Virus genome (UHGV): UHGV-1834275
Reading direction: 5' to 3' (one strand)
From: a virus
DNA length: 33,070 bases
The notes beneath the pieces were generated by a model. The model saw only the letters and a list, made by a program, of their open reading frames with translations. It was not told where the DNA came from and made no database searches. Positions 30,273 to 33,070 of this stretch are shown one piece after another; the first letter of the stretch is position 1, and each line of letters starts with the position of its first letter. A program made the position numbers and the translations under genes.

Positions 30273-30494
30273 TTATTGATTTTCGATTAGTAGTTTGAAA
30301 GTTGGAAAATTCATCCTTTCAAATAGTTCTGTATGTAGTTTACGTGTTGTGTGGTAATACTTCATATCTTTATAGAAATCAGAATGGATTACCGTATTAC
30401 AGTACGTTTTACCATTTGGTTTAGATACATCTGCAATTAGTACATTGTCGGTATCGGTACGTACATTGTTAAAATGGAATTCGCCAAAGTTCAT
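30273..30494 (-). CDS. Hypothetical protein, translationally coupled to the upstream RHH ORF
   Basis: ATG overlaps the stop of the 51-aa ORF (TAATG); GGAGGA upstream; no recognised motif. Confidence 0.5.
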   Translation of the reverse strand: MNFGEFHFNNVRTDTDNVLIADVSKPNGKTYCNTVIHSDFYKDMKYYHTTRKLHTELFERMNFPTFKLLIENQ

Positions 30495-30649
30495 TACTTC
30501 TTTCCTCCTAAGATTACTTGTTGATTGAGTAGATATTGTAAAGCGGTACTCATTGATTTTGCTTTCCCTTCATCAATGATACTTTGTAGTACATTGTGTT
30601 GATGTTCGTTTAGACGTGCTGATACTTTGTATTCTTTATTTTCTTTCAT
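30494..30649 (-). CDS. Ribbon-helix-helix (Arc/MetJ/CopG-like) DNA-binding protein, 51 aa; not in the supplied track
   Basis: Translation MKENKEYKVSARLNEHQHNVLQSIIDEGKAKSMSTALQYLLNQQVILGGKK: short beta-strand (KVSARL) followed by two helices, typical of RHH repressors or antitoxins; AAGGA about 7 nt upstream of the ATG. Confidence 0.5.
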   Translation of the reverse strand: MKENKEYKVSARLNEHQHNVLQSIIDEGKAKSMSTALQYLLNQQVILGGKK

Positions 30650-30847
30650 TGATTTTCCTTTTGTCTGCAAATCCTTAAAAATTTCATGTAAAAATCACCC
30701 CGTAGGGATACGGGGTAATAACAAAATCTAAGGAGGAGGGATTTTAATATTCACACTTATTTATGAGATGAGAGCGGTCGCCCCCTTCATATACTATTAT
30801 TATATCACATTTTGCCCATTTCGTCCCAGAAATCGACAAAATCAATT

Positions 30848-31012
30848 TTAAGTGGCTGATTTATATGTATTTATTACAGAAGTCGCGATTATCGCCATAA
30901 TGCATAAGAAGAGATATACTAAAAATGCAATGTATAGATAAACTATCCACCCGGTGATCATAAACACCATACCTACCACTAATACAAAAGCACTGACTAA
31001 CCAATCTAACAT
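30848..31012 (-). CDS. Small hydrophobic membrane protein (54 aa); not in the supplied track
   Basis: ATG at 31012 preceded by AAGGGG; translation MLDWLVSAFVLVVGMVFMITGWIVYLYIAFLVYLFLCIMAIIATSVINTYKSAT (two hydrophobic helices). Confidence 0.4.
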   Translation of the reverse strand: MLDWLVSAFVLVVGMVFMITGWIVYLYIAFLVYLFLCIMAIIATSVINTYKSAT

Positions 31013-31058
31013 AGTTTCCCCTTATAATTATTATGTACAATTATTTATCAATAAGACG

Positions 31059-31097
31059 AAAAAAAGCCCCGTAATGCGACATCAATCGATACGGGGC
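31059..31097 (-). terminator. Rho-independent terminator downstream of the recombinase gene
   Basis: On the minus strand GCCCCGTA (31090..31097) / TACGGGGC (31066..31073) 8-bp stem, 16-nt loop, followed by TTTTTTT (plus-strand A7 at 31059..31065), about 75 nt after the recombinase stop. Confidence 0.6.
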
Positions 31098-31171
31098 ATA
31101 ACAACTACTACTATATTATTTTTTGTTTACGGTATTTCTAATCTACTTTCTAGGCCAAAATAAATGCCCGT

Positions 31172-33070
31172 CTAGATCTGGTCTATCCGATAACGCTCTA
31201 TGAACTCTTTACGTGTTAAACCAGTCGATTCTAATGCAGTGGCTATATCCTTTGGAACTCGACCATTCAAGGCAATACTATATGTATTGCCTTCATACAC
31301 AATGTCTACTCGATCATACTTTCCGGTATTAGGCCAGAATGAAGCCCCACTTATTTCACTATAACCAACCACTTCTAACATCTCATTAGCAGTATTGAAC
31401 AGATCTAAATAACTTTGTTCAATTTTATCAAGTTGTTCCACTGCTTTATTAAATAATGGCAGATTGCTAGTGGTAAGAAATCCTTCATCTCTGATACTTA
31501 CATTATCAACAGAAGAAAATTCAACTTTAAACGCCCAATGTGGTTTTCTATCAGTTCCACCAAAAACTAACCATTCATCTTTAAAATGATACTTTATTTT
31601 TATCGTTATACACCCATCAGTTTTATCAACTATAACACTTTCAATAATAGAACTAATTACTTTCCTTATTTTATTTCTATCCGTATCCTGCATATTTGTA
31701 AAAACCGCCCACTGAATAAGAATCATAAATTCATTTATATCGACTTCTAGAGATCCTTTACCTTTCAGTGAATATAAGCGTTCTTTTAACTTATCAACTT
31801 CCAGAACAGTCTTTTTACGTTCCATATCAAACGCATTTAGTTGAACTGCTAACGCACTAACATTAGGAGCAATTGCTATTGCTTGAGCCATGTTTGTTAT
31901 GCGAGATTCCAGATCAGTTATCAACGTTTCTTTTCTACTGAGGTCTTCTTCTATCACAGTTGTGTCAATACCATCTTTTAGTCTCTTATTCATGTAACCG
32001 ATCAGTAGTGAAATGATCGTACAGTGTTCAACTAATTGTGCTGATATAGACCAGCCAGAACAGTTTTTTTGTAAGTGAACCCCATTAGTACAAATATAGC
32101 GAGCACTGCCATGATTCATGAAAGAATGCATAGTTCCTCCACACTTGCTACACCGTAACACCTGCAACCCTGATAACAATTTAATTTCTTCTACTTTGTC
32201 TTTCTTAGCCTTGAAGTTGTTTTGCTGCTTACGTTCAGCCAAGGTTAAATACTCTGCTTCATCTTTGCATAACCATGGATAGTAGTTATCAAGTTTGTAA
32301 GTAGCACCACCAGCATTGATAGTCCTTTCACCAATCAACGCCCGATTATCACGCATCTTTTTCAATACCTGATAATCCCATTCTTTACCCTTTAAACCAT
32401 TAGGATATTTTTTATCGAGATGACGCTTTACTGTATAGATGCCATTCCCATCTAAAAACATGTCTATAGCTTCGCGAGCGATACTCCAGTAAACGGGATG
32501 TTCTTTTACTGCTTCATATTGCGAACCTGAATCATCTATCCAAAATGGATGGCGACCAACTGACTTAATGTTTACTGGCAACCCTGCTTTATGACGTTCG
32601 ACCAAGGCAACAACATTGCCTATGGTCCTGTTAGATTTCGTTTCTGATTCTTCATTGCCACGGATAAACATCAGAATAGAAATCATCAGATCAGTAGGGT
32701 TTTGTCTGATGGATTCTCTGTTATAGACCTTCCGATCCATTCCTGTGACAATCGTTAGCCCTAAACCAATCAATTCAAGGAATAAACGAAGTGCTTCATC
32801 CACCTGATCGCGTGATAGTCGGTCGAGGTTTTCACAGTAAAGCCAAGAGTCAGACGGTATAGCATTATTTTTTACGGCGTCTATGAAGTCACCCAACTTA
32901 CCCGCCCTATTTTTTCCCCTGTAAGCACTCGTGCCAGGTTCCAAAATTTCAACCATTTCAAGCCCCGCTTCTTCAGCATAGGCTTTCGCTGCCGCTACCT
33001 GCCTGTTCTTGGTTGTTCCTTTTTCTTGGCGATCACTTGACCACCTGATATAGCTATAAAGTTGCGGCAT
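31172..33070 (-). CDS. Large serine recombinase (phage integrase of the resolvase/invertase superfamily)
   Basis: N-terminus MPQLYSYIRWSSDRQ has the catalytic-serine motif (Y.R.SS..Q) of serine recombinases; 632 aa with Cys-rich region (CSKCGGTMHS...CTNGVHLQKNCSGW) and long C-terminal extension typical of large serine integrases. The start codon is at the last base of the window. Confidence 0.85.
   Translation of the reverse strand: MPQLYSYIRWSSDRQEKGTTKNRQVAAAKAYAEEAGLEMVEILEPGTSAYRGKNRAGKLGDFIDAVKNNAIPSDSWLYCENLDRLSRDQVDEALRLFLELIGLGLTIVTGMDRKVYNRESIRQNPTDLMISILMFIRGNEESETKSNRTIGNVVALVERHKAGLPVNIKSVGRHPFWIDDSGSQYEAVKEHPVYWSIAREAIDMFLDGNGIYTVKRHLDKKYPNGLKGKEWDYQVLKKMRDNRALIGERTINAGGATYKLDNYYPWLCKDEAEYLTLAERKQQNNFKAKKDKVEEIKLLSGLQVLRCSKCGGTMHSFMNHGSARYICTNGVHLQKNCSGWSISAQLVEHCTIISLLIGYMNKRLKDGIDTTVIEEDLSRKETLITDLESRITNMAQAIAIAPNVSALAVQLNAFDMERKKTVLEVDKLKERLYSLKGKGSLEVDINEFMILIQWAVFTNMQDTDRNKIRKVISSIIESVIVDKTDGCITIKIKYHFKDEWLVFGGTDRKPHWAFKVEFSSVDNVSIRDEGFLTTSNLPLFNKAVEQLDKIEQSYLDLFNTANEMLEVVGYSEISGASFWPNTGKYDRVDIVYEGNTYSIALNGRVPKDIATALESTGLTRKEFIERYRIDQI

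Noticed and set aside
30954-31163. 69-aa plus-strand ORF between the small membrane-protein ORF and the recombinase gene
   Set aside because: Overlaps the recombinase terminator hairpin and the minus-strand small membrane ORF; no ribosome-binding site; likely spurious.

Overview
This window looks like most of an AT-rich temperate, lambda-like siphophage (probably a prophage), read almost entirely on the minus strand. From right to left: a large serine recombinase (31172..33070), a small lysogeny/regulatory module (RHH protein, HNH homing-endonuclease-like gene, repeat-rich control region), an AT-rich accessory island (23764..28002), then Nu1-like and GpA-like terminase subunits, portal, a protease-scaffold-capsid fusion, tail genes (tube protein, G/GT-type chaperones, tape measure, J-like central fibre) and a T4-lysozyme-like endolysin. 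The left edge (1..~341) is the 3' end of a GC-richer IS3-family (IS2-like) element that appears to have inserted into the phage. The most interesting part is the accessory island: a single-HKD PLD-family nuclease with an unknown C-terminal domain plus a small partner ORF, a McrA-like HNH endonuclease with an unknown N-terminal domain plus a secreted protein, and a 2TM/4TM membrane-protein pair with a paralogue at 779..1519. I read this as a candidate, uncharacterised phage-borne defence or superinfection-exclusion cluster. All calls come from reading the translations and sequence by eye; no database search or computation was run, so family assignments are motif-level and gene starts are provisional.
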